This document shows positions 1 to 12,743 of a stretch of 64,000 nucleotides of DNA, one piece after another. The notes below the pieces were generated by a model, which ran no database searches, was not told the DNA's origin, and saw nothing but the letters and a program-made list of their open reading frames with translations. The number at the start of each line of letters is the position of its first letter. Position 1 is the first letter of the stretch. Source of the DNA: Alphaproteobacteria bacterium (GTDB lineage: Bacteria > Pseudomonadota > Alphaproteobacteria > SP197); contig SHVY01000003.1 of NCBI GenBank assembly GCA_009694045.1, positions 9,058 to 73,057 on the forward strand. Reading direction: 5' to 3'. Made by a program: the position numbers and the translations under genes.

Positions 1-65
1 GGTCGATCGGGGGCATCGCTTGACTTGCAAGACCGCGGTAAAGTACACGGACCGCGGGTTGTATC

Positions 66-142
<77 letters not shown>

Positions 143-186
143 CGTTCGGGCGTATACGATGGCGATTGGGGAACCAGAATCGGGCC

Positions 187-552
187 ATGAGCGATCTGCT
201 CGCTGACTATCTCCCCATCCTGATCTTCCTCGGGATCGCCGTCGCGCTTGCAGGCGCGATCGTGGGTGCTTCGTACCTGATCGCGCCGCAGCGTCCGGAT
301 GGCGAGAAACTGTCGTCGTACGAATGCGGCTTCGACGCCTTCTCCGATGCGCGCGGGCAGTTCGACGTGCGCTTCTACCTGGTATCGATCCTGTTCATCA
401 TCTTCGATCTGGAAGTCGCCTTCCTGTTTCCCTGGGCCACCTCGCTCGGGGAGATCGGTGCATTCGGCTTCTGGTCGATGGTCGTGTTCCTCGGTGTCCT
501 CACCATCGGCTTTATCTACGAGTGGCGCAAGGGAGCCCTGGAATGGGAGTAG
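187..552 (+). CDS. nuoA: NADH-quinone oxidoreductase subunit A
   Basis: Frame of ORF 166..552. Product [19 protein letters not shown]... has three TM helices and the SSYECGF motif. ATG 187 is preferred over TTG 166. First gene of a contiguous nuoA-N run. Confidence 0.9.
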   Translation: MSDLLADYLPILIFLGIAVALAGAIVGASYLIAPQRPDGEKLSSYECGFDAFSDARGQFDVRFYLVSILFIIFDLEVAFLFPWATSLGEIGAFGFWSMVVFLGVLTIGFIYEWRKGALEWE

Positions 553-1079
553 AGGCGATCGCGGCTCCGATCCCGCGTGAAGGTCACGTCGCCCTCTTCC
601 AGGAGGTCAACGCGGAGCTGGACGATCGCGGATTCGTCGTGGAGCAACTCGACAAGCTGGTGACGTGGGCGCGGACGGGATCCCTCTGGCCCATGACGTT
701 CGGCCTCGCGTGCTGCGCGGTCGAGATGATCCACGCCTACTGCAGCCGCTACGACCTGGACCGTTTCGGCGTGGTGCCGCGGGCCAGTCCGCGCCAGTCG
801 GATGTCATGATCGTCGCCGGCACCCTGTGCAACAAGATGGCACCGGCCTTGCGCAAGGTTTACGACCAGATGGCCGAGCCGCGCTGGGTCATCTCCATGG
901 GGAGCTGCGCCAACGGCGGCGGCTACTATCACTACTCCTACTCGGTGGTACGCGGCTGCGACCGGATCGTGCCGGTCGACATCTACGTCCCCGGTTGTCC
1001 GCCCACAGCAGAGGCGCTGGTCTACGGAATTCTGCAGTTGCAGAAGAAGATCCGCCGCACCGGAACGATCCGGCGCTAG
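543..1079 (+). CDS. nuoB: NADH-quinone oxidoreductase subunit B
   Basis: In-frame ATG (MGVEAIAAP...) inside ORF 324..1079, overlapping the nuoA stop. Motifs [16 protein letters not shown] and PGCPP. Confidence 0.93.
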   Translation: MGVEAIAAPIPREGHVALFQEVNAELDDRGFVVEQLDKLVTWARTGSLWPMTFGLACCAVEMIHAYCSRYDLDRFGVVPRASPRQSDVMIVAGTLCNKMAPALRKVYDQMAEPRWVISMGSCANGGGYYHYSYSVVRGCDRIVPVDIYVPGCPPTAEALVYGILQLQKKIRRTGTIRR

Positions 1080-1094
1080 GCGATCGTCCTCGGC

Positions 1095-1700
1095 ATGACC
1101 GCCCCCCTCGAAGAGCTTGGTCAGTCACTCGTCGCGGCATTGCCCGGCGACATCCTTGGCCATTCCGTCACGCGGGGAGAGTTGACGATGACCGCGCGGC
1201 GCGAAGCCATCGTGCGTGTGCTCGGACACCTGCGCGACGACGCCGGCTGCCTGTTCAAGCAGCTCATCGATCTGACCGCCGTCGATTACCCGGCACGGCC
1301 GGAGCGCTTCGAGATCGTCTACAACCTCCTCAGCCTCCGGCACAACCGGCGGATCCGGGTGAAGGTCACCAGCGACGACGCGACCCCGGTTCCGACCGTG
1401 GTCGGTGTGTACAGCGTCGCCGGTTGGTTCGAGCGCGAGGTCTGGGACATGTACGGCGTGCTGTTCGCCGACAACCCGGATCTGCGCCGGCTGCTGACCG
1501 ACTACGGGTTCGAGGGTCACCCGCTGCGCAAGGACTTTCCCCTGACCGGCTACGTCGAACTGCGCTACGACGACGAACAGAAGCGGGTCGTCTACGAGCC
1601 GGTGAAGCTTACCCAGGCGTTCCGCAACTTCGACTTCATGAGCCCCTGGGAAGGCGACCCTGGCCTGTTGCCGGGCGACGAGAAGGCCGGCCGTGGCTGA
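1095..1700 (+). CDS. nuoC: NADH-quinone oxidoreductase subunit C (30 kDa)
   Basis: 201 aa with [13 protein letters not shown] and [12 protein letters not shown] motifs. Correct position in the operon. Confidence 0.95.
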   Translation: MTAPLEELGQSLVAALPGDILGHSVTRGELTMTARREAIVRVLGHLRDDAGCLFKQLIDLTAVDYPARPERFEIVYNLLSLRHNRRIRVKVTSDDATPVPTVVGVYSVAGWFEREVWDMYGVLFADNPDLRRLLTDYGFEGHPLRKDFPLTGYVELRYDDEQKRVVYEPVKLTQAFRNFDFMSPWEGDPGLLPGDEKAGRG

Positions 1701-2871
1701 CGTCGAGATCAAGAACCTGACCATGAACTTCGGGCCGCAGCATCCGGCGGCCCACGGGGTGTTGCGTCTGGTCCTCGAAATGGACGGGGAGATCGTCGAG
1801 CGCGCCGATCCGCACATCGGACTTCTCCACCGCGGCACCGAGAAGCTGATCGAGTACAAGACGTATTTGCAGGCGGTGCCCTACTTTGACCGCCTCGACT
1901 ACGTGTCCCCCATGTGCCAGGAACACGCCTTCGCCCTCGCGGTCGAGCGGCTGCTGGGCATCGCGGTGCCGGCGCGGGCCCAGTACATTCGGGTGCTGTT
2001 CTCCGAGATTACCCGGATCCTCAACCATCTCCTCAATGTCACCTCCTTCGCGCTCGACGTCGGGGCGATGACGCCGCTGCTGTGGGGCTTCGAGGAGCGC
2101 GAGAAGCTGATGGAATTCTATGAGCGCGTATCGGGCGCCCGGCTTCATGCCGCGTACTTCCGTCCCGGCGGCGTCGCCAAGGACATGCCGGCGGGCCTCG
2201 CCGAGGATATAGCGGCCTGGAGCGCCAGGTTCCCGGCCTTCGTCGACGACGTCGAGGGCCTGCTCAACGAGAACCGCATTTTTAAGCAGCGCAGCGTGGA
2301 CATCGGCATCGTCACCGTGGAACAGGCGTTCGACTGGGGATTCACCGGCCCGATGCTGCGCGCCTCTGGCGTGCCCTGGGACTTGCGCAAGGCGCAGCCC
2401 TATGACGTTTACGCCGAGATGGATTTCGACGTACCCATCGGCAAGCACGGCGATTGCTTCGACCGCTACCTCGTGCGCATGGCGGAGATGCGCCAGAGCC
2501 TGCGGATCATGGAGCAGTGCCTGGCGAAGATGCCGGATGGGCCGATCAAGACTGATGACCGTAAGGTGTCGCCGCCGCCTCGGGCCGAGATGAAGCGCTC
2601 GATGGAGGCCCTGATCCATCACTTCAAGCTCTATACCGAGGGCTACCACGTGCCCGCGGGCGAGACCTACGCGGCGGTCGAGGCGCCGAAGGGCGAGTTC
2701 GGCGTCTATCTGGTCAGCGACGGCAGCAACAAGCCCTATCGCTGTCGCATCCGCGCGCCGGGATTCGCCCATTTGCAGGGCCTCGATTTCATGTCCAAGG
2801 GCCACATGCTGGCGGACGTGGTGGCGATCATCGGCGCCTCGGACATCGTCTTTGGCGAGATTGACCGATGA
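1693..2871 (+). CDS. nuoD: NADH-quinone oxidoreductase subunit D (49 kDa)
   Basis: 392 aa with [15 protein letters not shown] and [10 protein letters not shown] motifs. Confidence 0.96.
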   Translation: MADVEIKNLTMNFGPQHPAAHGVLRLVLEMDGEIVERADPHIGLLHRGTEKLIEYKTYLQAVPYFDRLDYVSPMCQEHAFALAVERLLGIAVPARAQYIRVLFSEITRILNHLLNVTSFALDVGAMTPLLWGFEEREKLMEFYERVSGARLHAAYFRPGGVAKDMPAGLAEDIAAWSARFPAFVDDVEGLLNENRIFKQRSVDIGIVTVEQAFDWGFTGPMLRASGVPWDLRKAQPYDVYAEMDFDVPIGKHGDCFDRYLVRMAEMRQSLRIMEQCLAKMPDGPIKTDDRKVSPPPRAEMKRSMEALIHHFKLYTEGYHVPAGETYAAVEAPKGEFGVYLVSDGSNKPYRCRIRAPGFAHLQGLDFMSKGHMLADVVAIIGASDIVFGEIDR

Positions 2872-3452
2872 CCCCGGCGACCTTCGCCTTCGATGCCGCC
2901 AACCAGGAACGGGTCAAGATCTGGATCGCCAAGTTCCCGACCGGGCGGCAACAAAGCGCGGTGTTGGCACTGTTGGATTTGGCGCAGCGTCAATCGGGCG
3001 GCTGGCTGCCCCAGGCGGCGATGGACCACGTCGCCGAGCTGCTCGGAATGGCGCGGATCCGCGTCTACGAGGTTGCGACGTTCTACACGATGTTCAATCT
3101 CAAGCCGGTGGGGCGCCACCTGGTCCAGGTCTGCACGACGACACCGTGCTGGCTCCAGGGAAGCGATGCGGTGCTTGGCGCCTGTCGCGCGAAACTTGGA
3201 ATCGACGTGGGCGAGACCACGGTCGACGGGCAATTCACCCTGGTCGAGGTCGAATGCCTGGGGGCCTGCGTCAACGCCCCCGTCATCCTGGTCAATGACG
3301 ACTATTTCGAGGACCTGGACGCCGACTCGACCGAACGGCTGCTCGACGCCCTGGGTCGGGGCGAGGGGGTGAAGCCCGGCCCGCAGGTCGCGCGCCAGAC
3401 CTCGGCCCCCATTACCGGGGCCAACACCCTCAAGGGCGGAGCGGACGCCTGA
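2868..3452 (+). CDS. nuoE: NADH-quinone oxidoreductase subunit E (24 kDa, 2Fe-2S)
   Basis: 194 aa with Cys ligand pattern CTTTPC ... ECLGAC. 4-nt overlap with nuoD. Confidence 0.94.
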   Translation: MTPATFAFDAANQERVKIWIAKFPTGRQQSAVLALLDLAQRQSGGWLPQAAMDHVAELLGMARIRVYEVATFYTMFNLKPVGRHLVQVCTTTPCWLQGSDAVLGACRAKLGIDVGETTVDGQFTLVEVECLGACVNAPVILVNDDYFEDLDADSTERLLDALGRGEGVKPGPQVARQTSAPITGANTLKGGADA

Positions 3453-4735
3453 TGCTGGCCGATCGCGATCGCATCTTCACCAACCTCTATGGCGTCCACG
3501 ACTGGCGCCTGGCCGGCGCGCGGTCCCGGGGAGACTGGGACTGCACCAAGGAATTGGCGCTCAAGGGCCGCGACTGGATCGTCGATCAGGTCAAGGCCTC
3601 GGACCTCCGCGGCCGGGGCGGCGCCGGTTTCCCGGCCGGCCTCAAGTGGTCGTTCATGCCGAAAAAGTCGGATGGGCGTCCGTCGTTTCTGGTGATCAAC
3701 GCCGACGAGAGCGAGCCCGGGACCTGCAAGGACCGCGACATTCTGCGCCATGACCCGCACAAACTGGTCGAGGGCGCCCTGATCGCCGGCGTCGGCATGG
3801 GGGCCAACACCGGCTACATCTACGTGCGCGGCGAGTTCTACCGCGAGGCCGAGCGCCTCGACGCGGCGATCGCCGAGGCCTATCAGGCAGGGCTCATCGG
3901 CAAGAATGCCTGCGGCGCGGGGTTCGACTTCGACCTCTACGTCCATCGCGGCGCCGGGGCCTACATCTGCGGCGAGGAGACAGGGCTGCTCGAAAGCCTG
4001 GAGGGCCGCAAGGGACAGCCGCGGCTGAAGCCGCCATTTCCGGCGGCGGCCGGGCTGTATGGCTGCCCCACCACCGTGACCAACGTCGAAACCGTGGCCG
4101 TGGTGCCGACCATCTTGCGGCGCGGCGCGGCCTGGTTCGCCGCCATTGGGCGGCCGAAGAACACCGGTACCAAGATCTTCTGCATCTCCGGCCACGTGAA
4201 CGCCCCGTGCAACGTCGAGGAGGAGATGGGCATCCCCCTCAAGGACCTGATCGAACGGTACGCGGGCGGGGTGCGCGGCGGCTGGGACAACCTGCTGGCC
4301 ATCATTCCCGGTGGCTCGTCGGTCCCGCTGCTCCCGAAGTCCATCTGCGACACGGTCCTGATGGATTTCGATTCCCTGCGCGAGGTGCGTTCGGGGCTCG
4401 GGACGGCCGCCGTGATCGTCATGGATAAATCGACCGACATCGTCAAGGCGATCGCCCGGTTGGCCCGCTTCTACAAGCACGAGAGCTGCGGCCAGTGCAC
4501 CCCCTGCCGCGAGGGCGCGGGCTGGATGATGCGGGTCATGGATCGCCTGGTGGTGGGCGATGCCGCCCTCGGCGAGATCGCTATGCTCGAGGACGTGAGC
4601 CGGCGCATCGAGGGCCACACGATCTGCGCTCTCGGCGATGCGGCGGCATGGCCGATCCAGGGCCTGATCCGACACTTCCGGCCCGAGCTGGAGCGCCGCA
4701 TCGTCGCGCACCAGGCGCGGGCGGCGGCGGAGTAG
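3452..4735 (+). CDS. nuoF: NADH-quinone oxidoreductase subunit F (51 kDa, FMN/NADH site)
   Basis: 427 aa with [19 protein letters not shown] and [12 protein letters not shown] motifs. Confidence 0.97.
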   Translation: MLADRDRIFTNLYGVHDWRLAGARSRGDWDCTKELALKGRDWIVDQVKASDLRGRGGAGFPAGLKWSFMPKKSDGRPSFLVINADESEPGTCKDRDILRHDPHKLVEGALIAGVGMGANTGYIYVRGEFYREAERLDAAIAEAYQAGLIGKNACGAGFDFDLYVHRGAGAYICGEETGLLESLEGRKGQPRLKPPFPAAAGLYGCPTTVTNVETVAVVPTILRRGAAWFAAIGRPKNTGTKIFCISGHVNAPCNVEEEMGIPLKDLIERYAGGVRGGWDNLLAIIPGGSSVPLLPKSICDTVLMDFDSLREVRSGLGTAAVIVMDKSTDIVKAIARLARFYKHESCGQCTPCREGAGWMMRVMDRLVVGDAALGEIAMLEDVSRRIEGHTICALGDAAAWPIQGLIRHFRPELERRIVAHQARAAAE

Positions 4736-4743
4736 GGGGGGCC

Positions 4744-6804
4744 ATGGTCAATCTCACCATCGACGGCCAGGAGATCGAGGTTCCGTCCGGCATCACGCTG
4801 TTGCAGGCGTGCGAGCTCGCCGGCAAGGAGATTCCCCGATTCTGCTACCACGAACGCCTGGCGGTGGCCGGCAATTGCCGCATGTGCCTAGTCGAGGTCG
4901 AGAAATCGCCGAAGCCGGTGGCGAGTTGCGCCTGGCCGATCGCCGAGGGGATGGTCGTGAAGACCGACAGCCCGATGGTCAAGGGCGCCCGCCACGGCGT
5001 CATGGAATTCCTGCTGATCAATCACCCGCTGGATTGCCCGATCTGCGACCAGGGCGGCGAGTGCGATCTGCAGGATCAGGCCATGGCCTATGGCAAGGGC
5101 ATGAGCCGGTTCGAGGAGTACAAGCGCGCCGTCATGGAAAAGGACTTCGGCCCGCTGGTGAAGACGTACATGACCCGCTGTATCCACTGTACCCGCTGCA
5201 TCCGATTCCTGGACGACGTGGCGGGCGTCGAGGAATTGGGCGCCACGGGCCGCGGCGAGGCCATGGAGATCGGCACCTACGTGCAGCGCGGCCTGAGTTC
5301 CGAGCTCAGCGGCAACATCATCGATCTGTGCCCGGTCGGGGCCTTGACGTCGAAGCCCTACGCCTTCACGTCGCGGCCGTGGGAGCTCAATCGGACCGAG
5401 AGCATCGACGTGCTCGACGCGGTCGGCAGCAGTATCCGGATCGACAGCCGGGGGGCCGAGGTGATGCGCGTCCTGCCGCGGCTGAACGACGACGTCAACG
5501 AGGAGTGGCTGGGCGACAAGTCGCGCTTCGCCGTGGACGGCCTGAAACGGCAGCGCCTCGACGTTCCCATGGTCCGAAGCGACGGGCGATTGCAGCCCTG
5601 TGACTGGGACGTTGCCTTCAGGGCCATCGCCGACCGCGTCGGCGGCGAGCAGGGCGCCAAAATCGCCGGCATCGCCGGCGACCTTGCCGATGCGGAATCG
5701 ATCCATGCCCTGCGCGAGCTGCTCGATGCACTAGGATCGCCGCATCGCGATGGGCGCCAGGACGGGGCGAAACTGGATCCTGCCTGCCGCGCGGGCTACC
5801 TGTTCAACACCGGGATCGCCGGGATCGATCGGGCCGACGCCTGCCTGCTGATCGGCACCAATCCACGGGTCGAGGCCCCGATCATCAACGCCCGGTTGCG
5901 CGGGCGCTGGCTCGCCGGCGGGTTCAAGGTCGGGGTCGTCGGGGCCATGCCGTCCCCCACCTTCCGCGTCGAATCCCTGGGCGCCGGGCCGCGCACCCTG
6001 ACCGAGATCGCCGAGGGCCGCCACCCCTTCGCCGCCGCCCTCAGGGATGCCAAGGCGCCGATGCTCATCCTGGGGCAGGGGGCGCTGGTCCGGTCCGACG
6101 GCGCGGCGGTCCTCGCCACCGCCAGGGCGATCGCCGAGGCCAATGGCCTTGTCAAGGAGGGCTGGAACGGCTTCAACGTCCTGCACACGGCGGCCGGGCG
6201 GGTCGGGGCCCTCGATGTCGGCTTCGTCCCTGGGCCGGGCGGGCGCGACACCGCGGGCATCATCGCGGGCGCCGAGAGGGGCGAGATCAAGGTTCTGTTC
6301 CTCCTCGGCGCCGACGAGATCGACACCAGCCGCCTGGGCGCCTGCTTCGTCATCTATATTGGCCACCATGGGGATCGCGGCGCCCACCGCGCCGACGTGA
6401 TCCTGCCAGCCGCCGCCTACACCGAGAAATCCGCCACCTGGGTCAACACCGAGGGGCGGGTGCAGCGCACGGTTCGGGCCGTCTTCCCACCCGGTCAGGC
6501 GCGCGAGGACTGGGCCATCCTGCGGGCCCTGTCGGCCGCGCTGGGGCGCGCCCTGCCGTTCGATTCGATCACCGCCCTCAGGTCGCGGATGGAACGGGTA
6601 GCACCGGCCCTCGCGCGGACCGGAGAGATCGCCCCGGCCCCCTGGGGTGCCTTCGGCACGACCGGCCCCATGGAGGATCGCCCCTTCGCCTCGGCGGTCG
6701 CGAACTACTACATGACCGACCCCGTCAGCCGCGCCTCGGCGACCATGGCACGCTGTACCGCTGAACTGCTCCCTCGGCCGGAGGCGACGGGCATCCATGG
6801 CTGA
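4744..6804 (+). CDS. nuoG: NADH-quinone oxidoreductase subunit G (75 kDa)
   Basis: In-frame ATG ([13 protein letters not shown]) within ORF 4495..6804, giving 686 aa. Motifs [19 protein letters not shown] and [14 protein letters not shown]. The upstream part of the ORF is Arg/Gly-rich off-gene text overlapping nuoF. Confidence 0.95.
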   Translation: MVNLTIDGQEIEVPSGITLLQACELAGKEIPRFCYHERLAVAGNCRMCLVEVEKSPKPVASCAWPIAEGMVVKTDSPMVKGARHGVMEFLLINHPLDCPICDQGGECDLQDQAMAYGKGMSRFEEYKRAVMEKDFGPLVKTYMTRCIHCTRCIRFLDDVAGVEELGATGRGEAMEIGTYVQRGLSSELSGNIIDLCPVGALTSKPYAFTSRPWELNRTESIDVLDAVGSSIRIDSRGAEVMRVLPRLNDDVNEEWLGDKSRFAVDGLKRQRLDVPMVRSDGRLQPCDWDVAFRAIADRVGGEQGAKIAGIAGDLADAESIHALRELLDALGSPHRDGRQDGAKLDPACRAGYLFNTGIAGIDRADACLLIGTNPRVEAPIINARLRGRWLAGGFKVGVVGAMPSPTFRVESLGAGPRTLTEIAEGRHPFAAALRDAKAPMLILGQGALVRSDGAAVLATARAIAEANGLVKEGWNGFNVLHTAAGRVGALDVGFVPGPGGRDTAGIIAGAERGEIKVLFLLGADEIDTSRLGACFVIYIGHHGDRGAHRADVILPAAAYTEKSATWVNTEGRVQRTVRAVFPPGQAREDWAILRALSAALGRALPFDSITALRSRMERVAPALARTGEIAPAPWGAFGTTGPMEDRPFASAVANYYMTDPVSRASATMARCTAELLPRPEATGIHG

Positions 6805-7813
6805 TCCCTTCTGGGACGTCTATGTGTGGCCGACGGCCCTGACCGTCCTCGGCATCCTGGCGATCATCGTGCCGCTGCTGGGCGCCGTCGCGTACCTCAC
6901 GCTCGCCGAGCGCAAGGTGATCGCGGCCATGCAGATCCGGCGCGGGCCCAACGTGGTCGGCCCGTTCGGCCTGCTTCAGCCGATCGCCGACGGGATCAAG
7001 CTGTTCTTCAAGGAAACCATCATTCCGTCCAACGCGAACAAGGTGGTGTTCATCGCGGCCCCGATGCTCACGTTCGTCCTCGCCCTGGTCGGCTGGGCGG
7101 TGATCCCGTTTGGGGACGGTCTCGTGCTGGCCGACATCAACGTAGGGATCCTCTACCTCTTCGCCATCTCGTCACTCGGCGTCTACGGCATCATCATGGC
7201 CGGCTGGGCCAGCAACTCGAAGTACGCGTTCCTCGGCGCCTTGCGCTCCGCCGCGCAGATGGTGTCCTACGAGGTCTCGATCGGCTTCGTGATGGTCGCG
7301 GTCCTGGTCTGCGTCGGCTCCCTCAATCTGTCGGACATCGTGCGGGCCCAGGACGAGGGCATGTGGTTCATCATCCCGCTGTTCCCGATGTTCGTGATCT
7401 TCTTCATCTCGGGGCTGGCGGAGACCAACCGGGCGCCGTTCGATCTGCCCGAGGCCGAGGCGGAGCTGGTCGCCGGCTACAACGTCGAATATTCGGCGAT
7501 GACCTTCGCCCTGTTCTTCCTGGGCGAATACGCCAACATGATCCTGATGTGCGCCATGACATCGGTGCTGTTCCTCGGCGGCTGGCTGCCGCTGATCGAC
7601 ATCGAGCCGTTCAACTGGATACCGGGGCCCCTTTGGCTGATCGCCAAGATCTGCGCCTGCCTGTTCGTGTTTCTGTGGGTGCGGGCGACATTTCCGCGCT
7701 TCCGTTACGACCAGCTCATGCGCCTGGGCTGGAAGGTCTTCCTGCCGATTTCGCTGTTCGCCGTGGTCGCCTATTCGGGTGCGCTCATGGCCTTCGGCTG
7801 GCTGCCGTCCTAG
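6797..7813 (+). CDS. nuoH: NADH-quinone oxidoreductase subunit H
   Basis: 338 aa, polytopic. Motifs [15 protein letters not shown] and [20 protein letters not shown]. Confidence 0.96.
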   Translation: MADPFWDVYVWPTALTVLGILAIIVPLLGAVAYLTLAERKVIAAMQIRRGPNVVGPFGLLQPIADGIKLFFKETIIPSNANKVVFIAAPMLTFVLALVGWAVIPFGDGLVLADINVGILYLFAISSLGVYGIIMAGWASNSKYAFLGALRSAAQMVSYEVSIGFVMVAVLVCVGSLNLSDIVRAQDEGMWFIIPLFPMFVIFFISGLAETNRAPFDLPEAEAELVAGYNVEYSAMTFALFFLGEYANMILMCAMTSVLFLGGWLPLIDIEPFNWIPGPLWLIAKICACLFVFLWVRATFPRFRYDQLMRLGWKVFLPISLFAVVAYSGALMAFGWLPS

Positions 7814-7883
7814 GCCCGACGTTGCTGCGGACGCACCGCCATGCTAAGCCGCAACCCGACCTTGGGGTCGGGAGGAGTCGCTG

Positions 7884-8372
7884 ATGTCGTTCCTCGATCG
7901 GACCGCGCGCGGCCTGCTCCTGATCGAACTGGTTTCGGGGATGGCGATGACGTTTCGCTACCTGTTCAAGCCCAAGGTCACCTTGAACTATCCATTCGAG
8001 AAGGGCCCGCTGAGCCCCCGGTTCCGGGGCGAACATGCGCTGCGCCGCTATCCCAACGGCGAGGAGCGCTGCATTGCCTGCAAACTGTGCGAGGCGATTT
8101 GCCCGGCCCAGGCTATCACCATCGAGGCGGAGCCGAGGGACGACGGCAGCCGCCGCACCACCCGCTACGACATCGACATGACGAAGTGCATCTACTGCGG
8201 TCTGTGCGAAGAAGCCTGCCCGGTGGACGCGATCGTCGAAGGGCCGAACTTCGAGTTCGCCACCGAGACTCGCGAGGAGCTGTTCTACGACAAGGCGAAG
8301 TTGCTCGCAAACGGGGATCGGTGGGAGCGGGAGCTCGCCGCCCGGCTCGTCGCCGACGCGCCCTATCGCTGA
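7884..8372 (+). CDS. nuoI: NADH-quinone oxidoreductase subunit I (2x 4Fe-4S)
   Basis: 162 aa with two ferredoxin motifs, [12 protein letters not shown] and [19 protein letters not shown] Shine-Dalgarno upstream. Confidence 0.96.
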   Translation: MSFLDRTARGLLLIELVSGMAMTFRYLFKPKVTLNYPFEKGPLSPRFRGEHALRRYPNGEERCIACKLCEAICPAQAITIEAEPRDDGSRRTTRYDIDMTKCIYCGLCEEACPVDAIVEGPNFEFATETREELFYDKAKLLANGDRWERELAARLVADAPYR

Positions 8373-8379
8373 AATAGGC

Positions 8380-8994
8380 ATGACCATCCAGGCGCTGGCC
8401 TTCTACCTCTTCGCGTCCGTCACCGTGGCCTCCGGGGTCGCCGTCGTCACCGCGCGGAATCCGGTGCACTCGGTGCTGTTCCTGATCCTCGCGTTCTTCA
8501 ATGCGGCCGGGCTTTTCGTGCTGATGGGCGCAGAGTTCCTGGCGATGATCCTGGTGATCGTCTACGTCGGCGCGGTCGCCGTGTTGTTCCTGTTCGTGGT
8601 CATGATGCTCGACATCAACGTCACCGAACTGCGCCAGGGGTTCCTCAACTACCTGCCCGTGGGCCTGATCGTCGGGGCGATCCTGCTGTTCGAACTCCTG
8701 CTGGTGATCGGCAGCCTGACGCTTGGTTCCAGCATCGGCGTGCTGCCCGCGGCTCCAACCCCGTCGGTGCTCGACGTCGACAACACCCAGGCGCTCGGCA
8801 ATCTGCTTTACACCCGCTACGTCTACCTGTTCCAGGCGGCGGGGCTGATCCTCCTGGTCGCCATGATCGGCGCGATCGTCCTCACCCATCGCAGCCGGGT
8901 GGGCGTTCGCCGGCAGCGCATCGCAGCGCAGATCGCGCGCCGACCCGAGCAAACGGTCGAGCTGCGCAAGGTCGCGTCGGGCGAGGGCGTCTAG
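8380..8994 (+). CDS. nuoJ: NADH-quinone oxidoreductase subunit J
   Basis: 204 aa hydrophobic protein in the expected operon position between nuoI and nuoK. Confidence 0.93.
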   Translation: MTIQALAFYLFASVTVASGVAVVTARNPVHSVLFLILAFFNAAGLFVLMGAEFLAMILVIVYVGAVAVLFLFVVMMLDINVTELRQGFLNYLPVGLIVGAILLFELLLVIGSLTLGSSIGVLPAAPTPSVLDVDNTQALGNLLYTRYVYLFQAAGLILLVAMIGAIVLTHRSRVGVRRQRIAAQIARRPEQTVELRKVASGEGV

Positions 8995-8996
8995 AG

Positions 8997-9305
8997 ATGG
9001 ATATCGGGCTCGGCCACTACCTCACCGTCGCGGCGATCCTCTTCACCCTCGGGATCTTCGGCATCTTCCTGAACCGCAAGAACGTCATCATCATCATGAT
9101 GTCGATCGAGCTGATGCTGCTCGCGGTCAACATCAACTTGGTCGCCTTCTCGGTCGAGCTGGGGGATCTGGTCGGCCAGGTCTTCGCCATGCTGGTCCTG
9201 ACCGTCGCCGCTGCCGAGGCCGCGATCGGCCTGGCGATACTCGTCGTCTACTACCGGAACCGCGGCTCGATCGCGGTCGAGGACATCAACCTGATGCGCG
9301 GCTAG
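8997..9305 (+). CDS. nuoK: NADH-quinone oxidoreductase subunit K
   Basis: 102 aa with three TM helices ([31 protein letters not shown]). Confidence 0.95.
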   Translation: MDIGLGHYLTVAAILFTLGIFGIFLNRKNVIIIMMSIELMLLAVNINLVAFSVELGDLVGQVFAMLVLTVAAAEAAIGLAILVVYYRNRGSIAVEDINLMRG

Positions 9306-9318
9306 GGGAGCGGCGGCG

Positions 9319-11232
9319 ATGAACTCGGCCATCGTCTTCCTGCCGCTTCTGGGTGCGGCGCTCGCCGGGCTGTTCGGCCGGGTGCTCGGTGACCGCGGGT
9401 CGCAGATCGCCACCTGCGTTCCGGTGTCGATCAGCGCGATTCTCGGCTGGGTCGCGTTGTTCCAGCTTGCCGGCGGGCAGGGGGATCAGACGGTCCAGAT
9501 CTTCACCTGGATCGACTCCGGCGCATTCGAAGCCGCCTGGTCCCTGCGGTTCGACGCGCTCACGGGCGTGATGCTCGCGGTCGTGGGCTCGGTGTCGGCC
9601 CTCGTCCACGTCTATTCCGTCGGCTACATGCACGGCGATCCCGGCATCCCCCGGTTCATGAGCTACCTCAGCCTCTTCACCTTCAGCATGCTGATGCTGG
9701 TGACGGCGGACAACCTGTTGCAGCTATTCTTCGGCTGGGAGGGGGTTGGGCTCTGTTCCTACCTGCTGATCGGCTTCTGGTACAAGAAGCCGGAAGCGAA
9801 CGCCGCGGCGATCAAGGCGTTCCTCGTGAACCGGGTGGGCGACTTCGGTTTCGCCCTCGGGATCGTCGGGGTGTTCCTCGTCTTCAACACCATCGATCTG
9901 CAAACGATCTTCGAATCGGCGCCGCGGGTCGCGGGGTCGACCTTCGTGTTTCTCGGCTACGAGGTCGACATCCTCACGACCCTTTGCCTGCTGCTGTTCA
10001 TGGGGGCGATGGGCAAGTCGGCCCAGCTTGGGCTTCATACCTGGCTGCCCGACGCCATGGAGGGCCCGACCCCGGTCTCGGCGTTGATTCACGCGGCGAC
10101 GATGGTGACCGCCGGCGTCTTCATGGTCGCCCGCCTTTCGCCGCTGTTCGAGCTGGCCCCGGTGGCGCTCGAAGTGGTGGCCTTCGTCGGCGCCTCCACC
10201 GCGTTCTTCGCCGCGACCATCGGCCTCTGCCAAAACGACATCAAGCGGGTGGTGGCCTATTCCACCTGCAGCCAGCTCGGCTACATGTTCTTCGCCTGCG
10301 GCGTATCGGCCTACGCCGCGGGCATCTTCCATCTGTTCACCCACGCCTTCTTCAAGGCCCTGCTGTTCCTGGGTTCGGGCTCGGTCATCCACGCCCTGCA
10401 CGGCGAACAGGACATGCGTCGCATGGGCGGCCTCTGGCGCAAGATCCCCATCACCTACGGCCTGATGTGGGTAGGCAGCCTGGCGCTCGCGGGCGTACCC
10501 TTCTTCGCCGGCTTCTATTCGAAGGACATCATTCTCGAAGCGGCTTTCGGGGCCCACACCGCGATCGGTCTCTACGCGTTCTGGCTGGGGATCGCCGCGG
10601 CGGTGATGACCGCGTTCTACTCCTGGCGTCTGCTGTTCATGACATTCCACGGCACATTCCGGGGCGACCATCACAAGCTCGACCATGCCCATGAATCGCC
10701 GCCGGTCATGCTGATCCCGCTATTCTTCCTCGCGGCCGGGGCGGCTCTTGCCGGTTACTTTGGCCTTCCCATGGTGGAGAGCGAGGCGTTTTGGGGTGAG
10801 TCGCTGCGCGGCTTCCATGCCATCGAGGCGGCGCACCACGCGCCCGATTGGGTGGTGGTTCTGCCCACGGTCGCGGCCGCCGCCGGCATTGCCGTCGCCT
10901 ACCTGCTCTACGTCCTGAAGCCTGCCTGGCCGGCGCGGATCGCCGGGGCGCTGCGCCCGCTCTACCTCTTCCTCCTCAACAAGTGGTACTTCGACGAGCT
11001 GTACGATGCGGTCCTGGTGCGCCCCGCCAAGGCGATCGGCTATGCCCTGTGGAAGGGCGGCGACGGCGCCGTGATCGATGGCCTCGGCCCCGACGGGATC
11101 GCCGCCGCCACCCTCAATCTCGCCCGCCGCGCCGTCCGGCTGCAGAGCGGCTACGTCTACCACTACGCCTTCGCGATGCTGATCGGGGTCGCCCTGTTGG
11201 TGACCTGGTACCTCGTCCGCGGGGTCATGTAG
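9319..11232 (+). CDS. nuoL: NADH-quinone oxidoreductase subunit L
   Basis: 637 aa antiporter-like subunit ([38 protein letters not shown]). Confidence 0.95.
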   Translation: MNSAIVFLPLLGAALAGLFGRVLGDRGSQIATCVPVSISAILGWVALFQLAGGQGDQTVQIFTWIDSGAFEAAWSLRFDALTGVMLAVVGSVSALVHVYSVGYMHGDPGIPRFMSYLSLFTFSMLMLVTADNLLQLFFGWEGVGLCSYLLIGFWYKKPEANAAAIKAFLVNRVGDFGFALGIVGVFLVFNTIDLQTIFESAPRVAGSTFVFLGYEVDILTTLCLLLFMGAMGKSAQLGLHTWLPDAMEGPTPVSALIHAATMVTAGVFMVARLSPLFELAPVALEVVAFVGASTAFFAATIGLCQNDIKRVVAYSTCSQLGYMFFACGVSAYAAGIFHLFTHAFFKALLFLGSGSVIHALHGEQDMRRMGGLWRKIPITYGLMWVGSLALAGVPFFAGFYSKDIILEAAFGAHTAIGLYAFWLGIAAAVMTAFYSWRLLFMTFHGTFRGDHHKLDHAHESPPVMLIPLFFLAAGAALAGYFGLPMVESEAFWGESLRGFHAIEAAHHAPDWVVVLPTVAAAAGIAVAYLLYVLKPAWPARIAGALRPLYLFLLNKWYFDELYDAVLVRPAKAIGYALWKGGDGAVIDGLGPDGIAAATLNLARRAVRLQSGYVYHYAFAMLIGVALLVTWYLVRGVM

Positions 11233-11237
11233 CCGTC

Positions 11238-12743
11238 ATGGACGGCCTACCGCTCCTCAGTCTTCTCATCGGCCTGCCGATCGCGGGCACGCTGTGCATG
11301 CTGGTGGTGCGCGGGGACACGGCGGTGGTCGCGCGCAACGTCCGCTACATCGCCCTGTGGACGTCGCTGATCACCTTCGGATTGTCGATCCTGCTGTGGA
11401 TCAGCTTCGATCCGTCCACCGCCGATTTCCAGTTCGTCGAGCGGCGACCCTGGATCCCTGACTATGGCATCAACTATCACCTCGGGGTCGATGGCATCTC
11501 GGTCCTGCTGATCGTGCTGTCGGCCTTCCTGATTCCGCTGTGCATCATCGCCAGCTGGGACTCGATCACCACCCGCGTTCGCGAGTACATGATCGCGTTC
11601 CTGATGCTCGAAGCCCTGATGATCGGCGTGTTCTGCGCCCTCGATTTCGTCCTCTTCTATCTGTTCTTCGAGGCGATGCTGATCCCGATGTTCCTGATCA
11701 TTGGGGTCTGGGGCGGCCCGCGGCGGGTGTATGCCGCGTTCAAGTTCTTCCTCTTCACCCTGGTGGGCTCGGTTCTCCTCCTGCTCGCGCTCCTCGCCAT
11801 GTACTTCCAGGCGGGCACCACCGACATCCCTACCCTGATGGCGACGGAGTTCGCGCCCGAGTTGCAGCGTTGGCTGTGGCTGGCGCTGTTCGCGTCGTTC
11901 GCCGTCAAGGTGCCGATGTGGCCCGTCCACACCTGGCTGCCCGACGCCCACGTCGAGGCGCCGACCGCGGGCTCGGTGATTCTCGCCGGCGTTCTCCTGA
12001 AAATGGGCGGCTACGGCTTTCTGCGGTTTTCGCTTCCCATGCTGCCCGACGCCACCGCGTACTTCACGCCGCTGGTCTTCACTCTCAGCGTCGTCGCGAT
12101 CATCTACACCTCCCTGGTCGCCCTGATGCAGGAGGACATGAAGAAGCTGATCGCCTATTCCTCGGTCGCCCATATGGGGTTCGTCACCATCGGCATCTTC
12201 ACCCTGACGACCCAGGGCATCGAGGGTGGCATGGTCCAGATGCTGAGCCACGGCGTGGTGTCCGGTGCGCTCTTCCTCTGCGTCGGCGTGGTCTACGACC
12301 GCATGCATTCGCGCCTGATCGCGCGCTACGGCGGCCTCGTGCACCGGATGCCGATCTACGCCGGGGTGTTCATGGTGTTCATGCTTGCCTCGGTCGGCCT
12401 GCCCGGAACCTCGGGATTCGTGGGTGAATTCCTGGTGTTGACCGGCGCGTTCCAGGTCAGCACCTGGGTGACCTTCCTCGCCACCACCGGGATCGTCCTC
12501 GGGGCCGCCTACATGCTTTGGCTCTACCGCCGGGTGATCTTCGGCGAGCTGGTACGGGAAGACCTGAAGTCCATCGTCGACCTCGGGCGCCGCGAGATCC
12601 TAATCTTCGCGCCCCTGGTCCTCGTGGTCCTATGGATCGGGATCTACCCCGATCCATTCCTGCGGGTGATGCATGCCACGGTCGCCCACCTGATCACCCA
12701 GACCGCGGGCACGGTCAGCACCGCCGAGCTGGAGCTGCCATGA
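11238..12743 (+). CDS. nuoM: NADH-quinone oxidoreductase subunit M
   Basis: In-frame ATG ([17 protein letters not shown]) within ORF 10848..12743. 501 aa antiporter-like subunit ([25 protein letters not shown]). Confidence 0.94.
   Translation: MDGLPLLSLLIGLPIAGTLCMLVVRGDTAVVARNVRYIALWTSLITFGLSILLWISFDPSTADFQFVERRPWIPDYGINYHLGVDGISVLLIVLSAFLIPLCIIASWDSITTRVREYMIAFLMLEALMIGVFCALDFVLFYLFFEAMLIPMFLIIGVWGGPRRVYAAFKFFLFTLVGSVLLLLALLAMYFQAGTTDIPTLMATEFAPELQRWLWLALFASFAVKVPMWPVHTWLPDAHVEAPTAGSVILAGVLLKMGGYGFLRFSLPMLPDATAYFTPLVFTLSVVAIIYTSLVALMQEDMKKLIAYSSVAHMGFVTIGIFTLTTQGIEGGMVQMLSHGVVSGALFLCVGVVYDRMHSRLIARYGGLVHRMPIYAGVFMVFMLASVGLPGTSGFVGEFLVLTGAFQVSTWVTFLATTGIVLGAAYMLWLYRRVIFGELVREDLKSIVDLGRREILIFAPLVLVVLWIGIYPDPFLRVMHATVAHLITQTAGTVSTAELELP

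Noticed and set aside
20-49. TTGACT (20..25) as a -35 element for the tRNA-Asp promoter, plus the direct repeat gaccgcgg (31..38 and 50..57).
   Set aside because: There is no acceptable -10 hexamer at 16-18 nt spacing. TAAAGT is only 13 nt away and TACACG is weak. The window edge also truncates the context.
3302-4711. 469-aa minus-strand ORF antisense to nuoF. Similar long antisense or off-frame ORFs occur elsewhere, e.g. 1636..2805, 14685..16838, 20696..22117, 33599..35359, 39393..41033, 46117..47907 and 55735..57312.
   Set aside because: These products are Arg/Gly/Pro/Asp-rich low-complexity text with no recognisable motifs. They fully overlap genes with strong family signatures on the other strand or frame. 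This is the usual stop-codon-poor artefact of GC-rich DNA.
4495-4743. Long N-terminal extensions offered by the ORF track. Examples are nuoG from 4495, nuoB from 324, nuoM from 10848, nuoN from 12518, birA from 13420, comEC from 45622, moeA to 50423 and trpD to 52903.
   Set aside because: The extensions overlap the preceding gene and translate to low-complexity text. Internal starts give family-typical N-termini and stop/start overlaps with the upstream gene.
7855-7872. 7-bp stem / 4-nt loop (cccgacc-ttgg-ggtcggg) overlapping the start of the nuoI Shine-Dalgarno in the nuoH-nuoI spacer.
   Set aside because: The stem is short and of a size expected many times by chance in GC-rich DNA, with no supporting context. 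It is worth noting only if conserved in relatives.
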